In this document: positions 43,135 to 52,667 of the stretch, in pieces
Position numbering within the stretch: the first letter of the stretch is position 1
Layout of the letters: every line of letters begins with the position of its first letter
Assembly: GCA_964574295.1 (NCBI GenBank)
Contig: CAZNLY010000006.1
Location: 48,805-112,804, forward strand
Direction of reading: 5' to 3'
Source: an uncultured Gemmatimonadaceae bacterium
GTDB lineage: Bacteria > Gemmatimonadota > Gemmatimonadetes > Gemmatimonadales > GWC2-71-9
DNA length: 64,000 bases
Notes under the pieces: model-generated
Seen by the model: only the letters and a program-made list of their open reading frames with translations
Database searches by the model: none
Told to the model about the DNA's origin: nothing
Translations under genes and position numbers: made by a program

Positions 43135-44412
43135 CTAGACCTCGATGATCTGGTCGCGGCGCGTGCCGACGCTCACGTAGCGGATCGGCGCGCCCGCGAG
43201 GTCCTGCAGGCGGTCGAGGTACGCCCGTGCCTCGGGCGGCAGGTCGGCCATGCGCCGGGCGCCCTCGGTGGACTTCCGCCACCCCGGGAGCGTCTCGTAG
43301 ACCGGCTCCACCTGGTCCAGCCGCTCCACCTCGGCCGGCAACGCGTCCGTCCCCTCCCCATCCACGCGGTAGCCCGTCCCCACCGGAATCTCGGCGAAGG
43401 TGTCCAGCACGTCGAGCTTGGTCACCGCCAGCCCCGTGAGGCCGTTGACCCGCACGGAGTAGCGCACCACGCTGGCGTCGAACCAGCCGCAACGCCGGGG
43501 GCGCCCCGTCACGGCGCCAAACTCGCCGCCGATGCGCTGCAGCGCGGCGCCGGCCTCGCCGTGGGCCTCCGTCGGCAGGGGGCCGTTCCCCACCCGTGTG
43601 GTGTAAGCCTTCACCACGCCCAGCACGCCGTCGATGGCGGTGGGCCCGATGCCCGCCCCCACCGCGGCCCCGCCGGCCGTCGTGTTCGAGCTCGTCACGT
43701 ACGGGTAGGTGCCGTGGTCCACGTCGAGCAGCGCCCCCTGCGCGCCCTCGAGCAGCACCCGCTGGCCTGAGCGGAGCGCCTGGTGCACCAGGAGCCCGGT
43801 GTCGGTGGCCAGGGGAAGGAGCCGGGGCGCCAGCCGCTCCAGGAGCGCCACATGCTCCTCGAGCGACGCCGGCGCCGCGCCCATCATCGCGAGGAGCTGG
43901 TTGGCGCGCTCGATCCGCGCGGCGAGCTGGGCGCGGAGCGCCGTGGCGTCGCGGAGGTCGGCCACCCGCACGCCGCGGCGGCCGTACTTGTCCTCGTAGG
44001 TCGGGCCGATGCCGCGCCCGGTGGTGCCGATCTTCTGGGACTTCTCGCTGGCGGCGTCGAGCAGCTTGTGATACGGCAGCACGAGGTGCGCCCGCTCCGA
44101 CACGAAGAGCCGGCCTGCGGTGTCCACCCCCCGCCCCGTGAGTCCGTCCAGCTCCTTGAAGAGCGTCTCCGGGTCGAGCACCACCCCATTGCCGATGACG
44201 CACGTGGCCCGGCGGTGCAGGATGCCCGACGGGATCTGCTGCAGGATGAACTGGTCCTCGCCGATGACGACGGTGTGGCCGGCGTTGGCGCCCCCCTGGT
44301 AGCGCACCACGCAGTCGGCGCGCTCCGACAGGACGTCCACCAGCTTTCCCTTGCCCTCGTCGCCCCACTGGGCGCCCACCACCACCACGCAGTGGGTTTT
44401 CGGATCGAACAT
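43135..44412 (-). CDS. purA: adenylosuccinate synthase
   Basis: VVVGAQWGDEGKGKLVD, YQGGANAGHTV, GTTGRGIGPTYEDK. Confidence 0.95.
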   Translation of the reverse strand: MFDPKTHCVVVVGAQWGDEGKGKLVDVLSERADCVVRYQGGANAGHTVVIGEDQFILQQIPSGILHRRATCVIGNGVVLDPETLFKELDGLTGRGVDTAGRLFVSERAHLVLPYHKLLDAASEKSQKIGTTGRGIGPTYEDKYGRRGVRVADLRDATALRAQLAARIERANQLLAMMGAAPASLEEHVALLERLAPRLLPLATDTGLLVHQALRSGQRVLLEGAQGALLDVDHGTYPYVTSSNTTAGGAAVGAGIGPTAIDGVLGVVKAYTTRVGNGPLPTEAHGEAGAALQRIGGEFGAVTGRPRRCGWFDASVVRYSVRVNGLTGLAVTKLDVLDTFAEIPVGTGYRVDGEGTDALPAEVERLDQVEPVYETLPGWRKSTEGARRMADLPPEARAYLDRLQDLAGAPIRYVSVGTRRDQIIEV

Positions 44413-44444
44413 GCGCCCTCACACGGACACGGCCGGACAACAGA

Positions 44445-44466
44445 ACGGGCCCCTCGCGGGGCCCGT
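44445..44466 (-). terminator. stem-loop between the M28 peptidase gene and purA
   Basis: ACGGGCCCC-tcgc-GGGGCCCGT, perfect 9-bp stem. On the minus strand it is followed by TCTGTTGT. Confidence 0.4.
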
Positions 44467-44505
44467 GCATCCTCGGGGAAAAGTTAGCCGCCGCCGGGGC
44501 GGGGG

Positions 44506-45588
44506 TCAATTCGGCTTGGCCACCGCCCTGCCGACCATTTCCGCGGTCCGAAACGCGACCCCCTCGGCCGTATCCGCGCGGGTGTGGATCCGCCGAAGGG
44601 TGTGCCAGTCGAGGCGTGCCAGCGTGACGGCGGAGGCCCCGCTCGCCGCCAGCGGCCGGCTGTCCACATAAGCCCAGAGCGGCTGCCCGCGGGCCCGGAC
44701 GCGGGCCCCGACCCCACCGAGCGCCGGGGCGAGTGCCTCCCCGAGCCGTGCCCCCGACGGGTCGTGGGACACCACGTAGAGGTCGCCCCGATCGTCCAGG
44801 GTGTCGAGGTTCACCACCTCGACACCCACCAGCTGGGGTCCGTGTTCCCGCGCGAATACCCGGGCCCCGACCAGCCCGAACTCCTCAGCGCCGGTCACCA
44901 GGATGCCCACCCCCTCCGCCGGCGCGGCCTCCGCCGCCACCGCGAGGGCCAGGAGTCCGGTGCCGTTGTCCCGGGCCCCGGGGGAGGTGCCGCGGAGGGC
45001 GCCCCGGGCCGCCAGGCCGCACGCCACGAGGGCCAGGATGGCCGCCCAGGCCATGACATCGCCCTCGAGGGGCCCCCACAGCCGGAGGATCGCCAGGACC
45101 GTCAGGCCGGCCAGCGCCCCGAGCGCCATCACCACCGCCACCGCCCGACCCGCCAGCGATTGCCCCTGCGCCTTGGTGTCGAGATGGGCCACGATCCAGC
45201 GCCGGACCGGTGCGTTGCCCCGCGTGGCCACGAGGTTGGCGTCCTGCCGGGTGCCCCCTCCCAGCGAAGACCACCCCATGGCGGTGCCGCGGACCAGGAA
45301 GCCGAGACAGGCCAACCCGCCCAGCCAGGCGGCGAGGGCGCCCCAGGCGGGCGCGCCGGCCACGGTGCAGAGGGGGATTTGGAGGAGGGTCAGCCAACCC
45401 AGGCCGGCCCCGAACATCGGCAGGGCGTTGAGGCTCGAGGGGTAGAAGGTGAACGGCTCTTCGCGGACGGCATAGCCGAGACCTGCCAGGTGGTCGGCCA
45501 TGAGGCGCCGGGCGTTCGCCGCGGCGGGGGTCCCCGCCTCGCGCGGGGCGTCGAGGAGCAGCGCGAGGAGCTCGCGCGGCCGGGCCAT
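44506..45588 (-). CDS. M28-family metallopeptidase with hydrophobic insertions
   Basis: ATG 45588, 2 nt after the pilT stop. M28 ligand motifs IVAHLDT, PGARDNGTG, GAEEFGLVGAR, NLDTLD, IHTRADT. Confidence 0.75.
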   Translation of the reverse strand: MARPRELLALLLDAPREAGTPAAANARRLMADHLAGLGYAVREEPFTFYPSSLNALPMFGAGLGWLTLLQIPLCTVAGAPAWGALAAWLGGLACLGFLVRGTAMGWSSLGGGTRQDANLVATRGNAPVRRWIVAHLDTKAQGQSLAGRAVAVVMALGALAGLTVLAILRLWGPLEGDVMAWAAILALVACGLAARGALRGTSPGARDNGTGLLALAVAAEAAPAEGVGILVTGAEEFGLVGARVFAREHGPQLVGVEVVNLDTLDDRGDLYVVSHDPSGARLGEALAPALGGVGARVRARGQPLWAYVDSRPLAASGASAVTLARLDWHTLRRIHTRADTAEGVAFRTAEMVGRAVAKPN

Positions 45589-45590
45589 CG

Positions 45591-46661
45591 CTAGCGGGCC
45601 TTCTTCCTGCGGTCGCGCGGCTCCGGTTCGGACTCGCCGCGGGCAGCGGCCGCGGCCGTCTCCTCGGTAATCAGTCCTTCCTTGACCAGGTCGGCCAGGC
45701 TCTGCTCGAAGGTCTGCATCCCGTGCTGGTCGCGCCCCAGGGACATCAGCGTGCGGAGCTCGTTCCACCGCGTCGGGTTCTTGATGCAGGCCCGTACCTG
45801 GGGCGTGTTCACCAGGATCTCGATCGCCGCGACGCGCCCCTCCTCGTCGGCGCGGGGCAGGAGCTGCTGGGCCACGATGCCGCGCAGCGCCTCCGCCAGA
45901 CGGACCCGGCCGATGTCCCGCTCCTCCGGGGGGAACATCGCCACCAGGCGCTCGATGGTGGTGGGCACGTCGGCGGTCGGCATGGCGGAAATGACCAGGT
46001 GGCCCGTCTCCGCGGCCTTCACGGCGATGTCGGCGGTCTCCGGGTCGCGCATCTCGCCGATGAGGACCACGTCGGGGTCCTGCCGGAGGGCGGCCCGGAG
46101 CCCGATGGCCATCGACTCGGTATCCACGCCCACCTCGCGCTGGGTCACCGAGCAGTTGAGGTCGCGGTGGAGGAACTCGATCGGGTTCTCGATCGTCACC
46201 ACGTGCTTCTGTTTGGTCCGGTTGATGTGCTCGATGATGGCGGCCACGGTGCTGGTCTTCCCGCTGCCGCTCACGCCGGTCACGAGGAGCAGCCCGCGTT
46301 CCGAGTCGGCCAGGGTCGACACGACCTCCGGCAGGCCGAGGGAGGCCACCGAGGGCACCGCGAACGGGATGACGCGCATCACGATCATGAACGACGACCG
46401 CTGGCGGAGCACGTTCACCCGGAACCGCCCGACGCCGGGCATGCCCCAGGAGCAGTCGAAGTCGCGCAGCTTGTCGAGCTGGGCGCGGTCCTCCTCGCTC
46501 GGGATCAGCTTGTAGGCGATCGCGCGGGTCTGGTCGGGGGTGAGCCGCTGCTTGGTGAGCGGCACCAGCTTGCCGTTGATCCGGGCGCGAAAGACGTCGC
46601 CGGCCTTGATGTGGAGGTCGGAGGCGCCCCGCTCGACGGCGGCCTTGATGATCTTTTCCAT
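45591..46661 (-). CDS. pilT: type IV pilus retraction (twitching motility) ATPase PilT
   Basis: GASDLHIKAG, Walker A GVSGSGKTST, TIENPIEFLH, ALRQDPDVVLIGEMRD, His-box region. Confidence 0.9.
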   Translation of the reverse strand: MEKIIKAAVERGASDLHIKAGDVFRARINGKLVPLTKQRLTPDQTRAIAYKLIPSEEDRAQLDKLRDFDCSWGMPGVGRFRVNVLRQRSSFMIVMRVIPFAVPSVASLGLPEVVSTLADSERGLLLVTGVSGSGKTSTVAAIIEHINRTKQKHVVTIENPIEFLHRDLNCSVTQREVGVDTESMAIGLRAALRQDPDVVLIGEMRDPETADIAVKAAETGHLVISAMPTADVPTTIERLVAMFPPEERDIGRVRLAEALRGIVAQQLLPRADEEGRVAAIEILVNTPQVRACIKNPTRWNELRTLMSLGRDQHGMQTFEQSLADLVKEGLITEETAAAAARGESEPEPRDRRKKAR

Positions 46662-46665
46662 GGTG

Positions 46666-47667
46666 TCAGTCCCCGGCGCCGTGCGCCGCGAGGAATCCCA
46701 TCCGCCCCCGCACCTCCGCCAGCGTCCGCCGCGCCTCCGCCCGCGCCCGCGCCGCCCCGGCGGCCAGGATGGCCCGTACCCCCGTCTCGTCGGCCTTGTG
46801 GACCAGCGCCCGTTCGCGGATCGGGGCCAGGGCCGCGGCCATGTTGTCCGCCAGCACCCGCTTGCAGTCGAGGCATCCCCATTCGGCGCCGCGGCACTTC
46901 CGCGCCACCTCGTCCACCGTGGCCGGCGGCGAGAAGTGCCGGTGCAGCGTGTACACGTTGCAGATGTCGGGGTTGCCCGGGTCCTTCTTGGTCTTCCGCG
47001 CCGGGTCGGTCATGGCCGGGCGGAGCTTCTGCCAGATCTCCTCGGGGGTGTCGAGCACCCCGATCGTGTTGCCGAGGCTCTTCGACATCTTGGCCTGTCC
47101 GTCGAGGCCGAGGATCCGCCGCGCCGGCGTGAGGAGCGACTGCGGCGCCGGGAAGAAGGCCTCCCCCCCGCCGAATTCCGCGTTCCACCGCCGGGCGATG
47201 ACCCGCGCCAGCTCGAGGTGCTGCAGCTGGTCGTCGCCGACGGGCACCTGGTCGGCGCGGTAGAGGAGGATGTCCGCCGCCATCAGGATCGGGTAATTCA
47301 GCAGGCCGGCCGGGACGCTCTCGAACTTCTGCGCCTTATCTTTGTACTGCGTCATTCGCTCGAGCTCGCCGAGCGGCGTGACGGCATTCAGGAGCCACAT
47401 CAGCTCGGCGTGTTCCGCCACGTGCGACTGCACGAAGAGGGTGCACCGGGCCGGATCGACCCCGGCGGCGAGGAGCCCGATGGCCATGTCCAGGGTGCGC
47501 CGTTCCAGCGTGGCCGGGTCATGCTGGCCGGTGATCGCGTGGAGATCCACGATGGCAAAGAAGCACTCATGGCGCTCCTGCAGCGCCACCCAGTTCTGGA
47601 CGGCCCCGAGGAGGTTCCCGATGTGGAGGTCGCCGGAGGGTTGGATGCCGGAGAAGACACGCGCCAT
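46666..47667 (-). CDS. trpS: tryptophan--tRNA ligase
   Basis: FSGIQPSGDLHIGNLLGA (HIGH) and KMSKS motifs. Confidence 0.95.
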   Translation of the reverse strand: MARVFSGIQPSGDLHIGNLLGAVQNWVALQERHECFFAIVDLHAITGQHDPATLERRTLDMAIGLLAAGVDPARCTLFVQSHVAEHAELMWLLNAVTPLGELERMTQYKDKAQKFESVPAGLLNYPILMAADILLYRADQVPVGDDQLQHLELARVIARRWNAEFGGGEAFFPAPQSLLTPARRILGLDGQAKMSKSLGNTIGVLDTPEEIWQKLRPAMTDPARKTKKDPGNPDICNVYTLHRHFSPPATVDEVARKCRGAEWGCLDCKRVLADNMAAALAPIRERALVHKADETGVRAILAAGAARARAEARRTLAEVRGRMGFLAAHGAGD

Positions 47668-47703
47668 TTTGGCAAGCTACCAAGCCGGGGCCGGGGCGGC
47701 AAG

Positions 47704-48486
47704 ATGCTATCGCCCATAGACTTACTCGACCGGGCGGTGTCTGCGGCCCGCCGCGCCGGGGCGTTCCTCTCCTCGGTCGGGCCGCCCCCCGACCCGGCCG
47801 CGTGGGGCGTGAAGGGCCAGCGCGACTTCGTGACCGAGGTGGACCGGGAATCGGAGCGCCTGATTGCGGAGGATTTGCTGGGGGCCGTCCCCGGCTCCCG
47901 GATGCTGGGGGAGGAGCTCTCGCCCTCCGGCCCGGTCGAGGGCCTCACCTGGATCGTGGATCCCCTCGACGGCACCACCAACTTCCTGCACGGCGTGCCG
48001 ATCTGGGCGGTGTCGATCGGGGTGGCGGTGGACGGGGCGCTGGTGGCGGGCGTCGTGCACGACGTGCCGCGCGGGGCACTTTACCGGGCGGCCCTCGGGC
48101 ACGGCGCCTGGGAGGGCGACCGCCGCCTGAAGGTCTCGGCCATCGACGACCCCGCACTCGCCCTCATCGGCACCGGGTTTCCCTTCAAGGAGGTGGGCCG
48201 GCTCCCGGAGTACCAGCGCCAGTTCGCGGCGGTCGCCTCCGCCACCAGCGGGATCAGAAGACCCGGCGCGGCCTCCCTCGACCTCGTGGACGTGGCGGCC
48301 GGGCGCTTCGACGGCTTCTGGGAGCTGGAACTGGCGCCGTGGGACATCGCGGCGGGAATCGTGCTGGTGCGGGAGGCGGGCGGGGTGGTGACGGACTTCA
48401 GCGGGCGCGCCGTCGGGGCCGAGCGGACGGCCGTGGTGGCCGGCAACCCGGCCATCCACGCCTGGCTGGCGCGGGTCGTGGCCTAG
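47704..48486 (+). CDS. inositol monophosphatase family protein (SuhB/CysQ-like)
   Basis: Internal ATG 47704. FVTEVDRESE, WIVDPLDGTTNF, WDIAAG motifs. Confidence 0.85.
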   Translation: MLSPIDLLDRAVSAARRAGAFLSSVGPPPDPAAWGVKGQRDFVTEVDRESERLIAEDLLGAVPGSRMLGEELSPSGPVEGLTWIVDPLDGTTNFLHGVPIWAVSIGVAVDGALVAGVVHDVPRGALYRAALGHGAWEGDRRLKVSAIDDPALALIGTGFPFKEVGRLPEYQRQFAAVASATSGIRRPGAASLDLVDVAAGRFDGFWELELAPWDIAAGIVLVREAGGVVTDFSGRAVGAERTAVVAGNPAIHAWLARVVA

Positions 48487-49235
48487 GCCGCCGTCAGGAT
48501 CCTCGGCCCGTTGGCCGTGACGGCCACGGTGTGCTCGAAATGGGCGGAGAGGCTCCCGTCGGCGGTCACGACGGTCCACTTGTCGGCGAGCGTCTTCGTG
48601 GCGGGGTCGCCCATCGTGATCATCGGCTCGATGGCGATCGTCATTCCCTCGAGGAGCCGGGGCCCCCGCCGGGGCGCCCCGTAGTTCGGCACCTGGGGCT
48701 CCTCGTGGAACCGGGCGCCGATGCCGTGCCCCACCAGCTCGCGCACCACCCCGAATCCCGCCCCCTCCGCGATCGTCTGCACCGCGTGCCCGATGTCGCC
48801 CACGTGGTTGCCCGCCCGGGCCTGCGCCACTCCCGCCGCCAGGCACTCCTGGGTCACGTCCAGCAGCCGCCGGGTCTCGGGCGCGATCTCGCCGACCGGA
48901 AGGGTCGTGGCGGAGTCGGCGTGCATCCCCTCGAAGTGCACCCCCACGTCCACGCTCACGATGTTTCCCTCGCGGAGCACCCGCTTCTTCGAGGGGATCC
49001 CGTGGACGATTTCCTGGTTGATCGAGGTGCAGAGGGTCTTCGGGAAGCCGTAGAGCCCCTTGAACGACGGCATGGCGCCGGCGTGACTGCGGATGAACTC
49101 CTCGGCCAGCCGGTCGAGGTCCTCGGTGGACATCCCGGGCCGAACCTCGCGCCCAAGCAGGGCCAGCACCTGGCCCACGATGCGCCCGCCGTGGGCCATC
49201 GCCTCGAGTTCCCGCGGCGACTTGAGGGTGATCAT
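48483..49235 (-). CDS. map: type I methionine aminopeptidase
   Basis: MITLKSPRELEAM, VHGIPS, DVGVHFEGMHADS, GHGIG, IEPM, EHTV. Confidence 0.95.
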   Translation of the reverse strand: MITLKSPRELEAMAHGGRIVGQVLALLGREVRPGMSTEDLDRLAEEFIRSHAGAMPSFKGLYGFPKTLCTSINQEIVHGIPSKKRVLREGNIVSVDVGVHFEGMHADSATTLPVGEIAPETRRLLDVTQECLAAGVAQARAGNHVGDIGHAVQTIAEGAGFGVVRELVGHGIGARFHEEPQVPNYGAPRRGPRLLEGMTIAIEPMITMGDPATKTLADKWTVVTADGSLSAHFEHTVAVTANGPRILTAA

Positions 49236-49804
49236 GCGCCGTGGAGGGCCAGCGCGCGCCGCACCCGGGTGGCGATGTCGTCCACCGGGCCCACCGCCGG
49301 GATCCGTACCAGGGTGCCGCGCTGCTCGTACCAGGCGAGCACCGGGGCCGTCTGGTCGCGGTAGCTCTGGAGCCGGATGGCGACCGCCGCCGGGTCGTCG
49401 TCGGCGCGGCCCTCGATGCCGCGACGCCGCTCGATCCGGCCCAGGATTTCGGCGTCGGGCACGTCGAAGAAGAGCACGTGGGAAAGCCGGCGGCCCCGCT
49501 CGGCGAGGAGCCGCTCCATCCCCTCCGCCTGCGGGATGGTGCGCACCACGCCGTCGAAGATGACTCCCTTGGCGGCGGCCGGCTTGTCCACCTCCTCGCG
49601 GATCACGCCAAGGATGAGGTCGTCACTCACCAGCTTGCCGGACTCCATCACCGCCTTGGCCTTGAGGCCCAGGGGGGTGCCGTTCCGGACGGCGTCGCGG
49701 AGGACGTTTCCGGTGGCCAGCGTGGGCAGCCCGGTCCGCTCGGAGAGCAGCGCGGCCTGCGTGCCCTTCCCGGCGCCCGGGGGGCCCATCAAGAGGATGT
49801 CCAT
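49232..49804 (-). CDS. adk: adenylate kinase (short-lid type)
   Basis: ATG 49804. MDILLMGPPGAGKGTQA P-loop, DGVVRTIPQAE. No Cys4 lid. Confidence 0.9.
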   Translation of the reverse strand: MDILLMGPPGAGKGTQAALLSERTGLPTLATGNVLRDAVRNGTPLGLKAKAVMESGKLVSDDLILGVIREEVDKPAAAKGVIFDGVVRTIPQAEGMERLLAERGRRLSHVLFFDVPDAEILGRIERRRGIEGRADDDPAAVAIRLQSYRDQTAPVLAWYEQRGTLVRIPAVGPVDDIATRVRRALALHGA

Positions 49805-49834
49805 CGCCACCTCCTTCGCGCGGCGCGACCTGAG

Positions 49835-49958
49835 CAAGGAGAAAGGGACTTGGAGAAAGGAGGGGCGGAAGGAGAAAGGAGACAGGTGGCCGCCCCGGCG
49901 CCCCTCGTCTCTCCTTCCGCTTTCCGCCCCTCCTTGGCCCTTGTCCCTTTCGCTTTCC
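49835..49958. repeat. repeat family 1, copy C (long imperfect palindrome) between secY and adk
   Basis: Left arm AAGGAGAAAGGGACTTGGAGAAAGGAGGGGCGGAAGGAGAAAGGAGAC. Right arm GTCTCTCCTTCCGCTTTCCGCCCCTCCTTGGCCCTTGTCCCTTTCGCTTTCC. An adjacent 7-bp hairpin CCTCACG-ttgccac-CGTGAGG (49957-49977) lies just downstream of the secY stop. Confidence 0.7.
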
Positions 49959-49985
49959 TCACGTTGCCACCGTGAGGAACCGTGT

Positions 49986-51299
49986 CTAGATAAACCGCTG
50001 CTGCCGCCCGCGGAACTTGATCCGCCCCGACTTCATGAAGCCGTCGTACTTCCGCAGCTGGCGGTGCTGCTCGATCTGGGCCAGCGTGTCGAGCAGCGTG
50101 CCCACCACGATCAGCACCGAGGTGCCGCCGAACTGCTGCTGCAGCCCCAGCCGGCCGCTCAGGAAGACGGGGATCAGTGCGATCACCGCCAGGAAGACGG
50201 CGCCCGGCAGGGTGATCCGCATCAGCACGTCGTCGATGTAGTCGGCGGTGCTGGCGCCGGGCTTCACGCCCGGGATGAACCCGCCCTGCTTCTTGAGGTT
50301 TTCCGCCAGGTCCACGGAGTTGAAGATGATGCTGGTGTAGAAATAGCTGAACAGCAGCACCATGACCGTGAACGCCAGGCTGTACGGCAACCCGCCCGGG
50401 TTGAAGAACCCGGCCACGTCGCGCAGGAGGGGGCTCTTGGTGAAGCTGGCCAGCGTGCCCGGGACGATGATGATCGTCTGGGCGAAGATGATCGGCATCA
50501 CGCTGGCGGTCAGGAGCCGGATGGGGATGAAGGTCTTCTGCCCCTCGCGGATCCGCCCGCGGCCCATGACCTTGCGCGGGATCTGGATGGGCACCCGCCG
50601 CGCGGCGATGGTCATGGCCGTCGTGGCGCCGATGAGGGCCACCACCACCGCCAGGTAGAGGATGGCGGCCAGCGGCGAGACGACGCTCCCCTTGATGAGG
50701 GAGCCGAGCTGGAGGATGCCGGGCCAGAGCCGCTCGAGGATCGAGAAGGTGATGAGCAGGCTCATCCCGTTCCCGATGCCGCGCTCGGTGATCTGCTCGC
50801 CGAGCCACATGACGAACACGGCGCCGACGGTGAGCGTCACCACCATCACCGCCCGCGAGGCCAGGCCGGGATTGGCCACGGCGCCGGGGATCGACTCGGT
50901 GAAGAGGGTGAAGGTGTAGGCCTGCGCAAACGCGATGAACACCGTCAGGTAGCGGGTCCACTGCGTCAGCGTCTTCCGGCCCTCCTCCTCCTTCTGCATC
51001 TTGCCGACCGTCGGCACGACGCCGCCGATGAGCTGGAAGATGATGGAGGCGGAGATGTACGGCATGATGCCCAGCGCGAAGACCGTCGCGCGGGAGAGGC
51101 CGCCGCCCAGCATGTCATAGAGGCCGAAGAACCCGGCCGCGGCCGAGTTCCGGATGAAGTCGGCCAGGGCCTGGACGTTGACCCCGGGCGCGGCGATGTG
51201 CGCGCCGACCCGGTAGATCAGGAGGGCCAGGGCGGTGAAGAGGAGCTTGCGCTTGAGCTCCGGGTCGATCGAGAGCGCCGGCGTGCCGGGAGCGGTCAC
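49986..51299 (-). CDS. secY: preprotein translocase subunit SecY
   Basis: GTG start directly after the rplO TAA. ALLIYRVGAHI, FALGIMPYISASII, 10-TM pattern. Confidence 0.95.
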   Translation of the reverse strand: MTAPGTPALSIDPELKRKLLFTALALLIYRVGAHIAAPGVNVQALADFIRNSAAAGFFGLYDMLGGGLSRATVFALGIMPYISASIIFQLIGGVVPTVGKMQKEEEGRKTLTQWTRYLTVFIAFAQAYTFTLFTESIPGAVANPGLASRAVMVVTLTVGAVFVMWLGEQITERGIGNGMSLLITFSILERLWPGILQLGSLIKGSVVSPLAAILYLAVVVALIGATTAMTIAARRVPIQIPRKVMGRGRIREGQKTFIPIRLLTASVMPIIFAQTIIIVPGTLASFTKSPLLRDVAGFFNPGGLPYSLAFTVMVLLFSYFYTSIIFNSVDLAENLKKQGGFIPGVKPGASTADYIDDVLMRITLPGAVFLAVIALIPVFLSGRLGLQQQFGGTSVLIVVGTLLDTLAQIEQHRQLRKYDGFMKSGRIKFRGRQQRFI

Positions 51300-51764
51300 T
51301 TACGCCTCGACCGAGCCGCCGGCCGCCTCGATCTTCGCGCGGGCCGAGGCGGACACCGGGATTCCGCGCACGGTGTAGGCGCGGGCGGCCTCGCCCGTGC
51401 CGAGGATCTTGACCGGCTGCCCCGCGCGGGCAATCCCGGCGGCGGCGAGCGTCTCGGGGGTCACCTCGCCGCCCGTCAGCTTGACCAGGCGCGCCAGGTT
51501 GACCGGGACCGCGGCCTCGCGGAACGGGTTGGTGAAGCCCCGCTTCGGCAGCCGCCGGTACATCGGCATCTGGCCGCCCTCGAAGCCGGGGTTGGTCGAG
51601 CCGCCGGTCCGCGCCTTGTGGCCCTTGTGGCCCTTGCCGGAAGTCTTGCCGAGCCCGGAGCCCGGGCCGCGGCCGATCCGCTTGCGGGCCTGGGTGGCGC
51701 CCGGCGCCGGCTGCAGCGTCGAGAGCGTCACCGAGGGAGCCTTCACGTCCTTCGCCTTCGCCAT
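51300..51764 (-). CDS. rplO: 50S ribosomal protein L15
   Basis: [23 protein letters not shown] 51764 shares one nt with the rpmD stop. Confidence 0.95.
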   Translation of the reverse strand: MAKAKDVKAPSVTLSTLQPAPGATQARKRIGRGPGSGLGKTSGKGHKGHKARTGGSTNPGFEGGQMPMYRRLPKRGFTNPFREAAVPVNLARLVKLTGGEVTPETLAAAGIARAGQPVKILGTGEAARAYTVRGIPVSASARAKIEAAGGSVEA

Positions 51765-52024
51765 CACCCCTCCCCTGCCGGCGCCACCTCGACGAGGTGG
51801 CGCACCTTGAAGAGCATCCCGCGGACCGAGGCGGTGTTGGCCACCTCGATCACCTGCTGGTGATGCCGGAAGCCGAGCGCCTCGAGCGTGCGCCGCATGG
51901 TGGCGGCGTGCCCGATGGTCGACCGGATCTGCTTGACCGCGAGCCGCTTGGCGCGCTTCTCATCGGGAATCGTGGCGGCGTGATACGCCGGCCCCTGCCG
52001 TCCGACGACGGGGTTCCGTCCCAT
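51764..52024 (-). CDS. rpmD: 50S ribosomal protein L30 (N-terminally extended if ATG 52024 is used)
   Basis: [37 protein letters not shown] lies 4 nt after the rpsE stop. Confidence 0.85.
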   Translation of the reverse strand: MGRNPVVGRQGPAYHAATIPDEKRAKRLAVKQIRSTIGHAATMRRTLEALGFRHHQQVIEVANTASVRGMLFKVRHLVEVAPAGEG

Positions 52025-52027
52025 GGC

Positions 52028-52666
52028 TCAGCCCTCCTGCCGCGGCTTGTAGGGGAGGTCCGCGACCTCCACCCCGCGCTCGCGCGCCACCTGCCGCACC
52101 GACACCAGCCGGCCGATGGCGTCCATCGTGGCGCCGACCATGTTGTGCGGGTTGGCGGAGCCGAGGCTCTTGGTGAGGATGTCGGTGACGCCGGCGCACG
52201 TGAGCACCGCGCGGATCGGGCCGCCGGCGATGACGCCGGTACCGGTGGCGGCGGGCTTGAGCAGCACCCGGCCGGCCCCGTGCTCGCCGACGATCTCGTG
52301 CGGGATCGTGGTGCCGGTGCGCGGCACCTCGATCATCTTGCGCTTGGCGGCGTCCACCGCCTTGCGGACCGCCTCGGACACCTCGTTGGCCTTGCCGGTG
52401 GCCACGCCGACCTTGCCCTTGCCGTCGCCCACCGCCACGAGGGCGTTGAACGAGAAGCGCCGGCCGCCCTTGACCACCTTGGCCACGCGGTTGATGGCGA
52501 TCACGCTCTCCACGTGGTCGCTGGAGCGGTCCCGGTCGCGATCGCGCCGGGGCCCGCGATCGCGGTCGCCCCGCTCGCCGCGCCCACGCCCGCGCCCGCC
52601 GCGGCGTTCCGGCTGCTCCGGGGCCGCCTCGGGGGCGGCGCTGCCCACTGCCTGTTCGTCGCTCAT
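52028..52666 (-). CDS. rpsE: 30S ribosomal protein S5
   Basis: ATG 52666. [34 protein letters not shown]-rich N-terminal extension. Confidence 0.95.
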   Translation of the reverse strand: MSDEQAVGSAAPEAAPEQPERRGGRGRGRGERGDRDRGPRRDRDRDRSSDHVESVIAINRVAKVVKGGRRFSFNALVAVGDGKGKVGVATGKANEVSEAVRKAVDAAKRKMIEVPRTGTTIPHEIVGEHGAGRVLLKPAATGTGVIAGGPIRAVLTCAGVTDILTKSLGSANPHNMVGATMDAIGRLVSVRQVARERGVEVADLPYKPRQEG

Positions 52667-52667
52667 C

